Assembly (NCBI RefSeq): GCF_963921235.1
Contig: NC_086108.1
Span: 37,140,001 to 37,204,000, forward strand
Direction of reading: 5' to 3'
Source of the DNA: Mobula hypostoma
Lineage: Eukaryota
DNA: 64,000 nucleotides
A program made the translations under genes and the position numbers. Below, one piece after another: positions 63,816 through 64,000 of the stretch. Under the pieces are notes generated by a model, which worked only from the letters and a program-made list of their open reading frames with translations, had not been told where the DNA came from and did not search any database. How positions within the stretch are numbered: the stretch's first letter is position 1; each line of letters opens with the position of its first letter.

Positions 63816-64000
63816 GTTACATAACCGACCACAATGAATACCAATCGAGGCAGGTTATATAAAAACAACCAAACATTTCTTAAGCACGGATAAACAATAA
63901 AAGAAAACAAACGAAAACCTTAACCAGAAGTTAACCGCTATGCGGCCGTTCAACAAATCGTCACTCGGTACTGGTTCTTAAAGCGATAAATGCGAAAACA

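Noticed and set aside
63816..64000. Possible start of another LTR interrupting the Rex1-like fragment
   Set aside because: Cut by the window end; no TSD or partner terminus is visible.
1..64000. Prokaryotic systems (CRISPR arrays, operons, retrons, defence loci)
   Set aside because: No regularly spaced repeats or gene-dense organisation; all RT motifs belong to eukaryotic retrotransposons.

Overview
Eukaryotic, repeat-dominated DNA with no recognisable intact host gene. The mix of CR1, Penelope-like, Rex1-like, V-SINE and hAT-Charlie elements suggests a vertebrate, probably a cartilaginous fish; this is inferred from the repeat landscape only. Most of the window is a mosaic of CR1 LINEs, including one young copy at 1-3556, Penelope-like elements (PLEs) whose terminal repeats carry a minimal hammerhead-ribozyme motif, Rex1-like LINE fragments, SINEs, two hAT transposons with TIRs and 8-bp TSDs, and solo LTRs. 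The main finding is a fully bounded Ty3/Gypsy (Mag-like) LTR element at 57979-62326 with two LTRs, a CTCTG TSD, a tRNA-Ser PBS and a PPT. Its RT-RNaseH-integrase region is replaced by an intronless copy of the host gene SUDS3 (Sin3-HDAC corepressor subunit SDS3), in the same frame as gag-protease. That element lies inside a five-level nest of insertions. Family names come from motif recognition, not database searches. Boundaries without a stated TSD or TIR are approximate.
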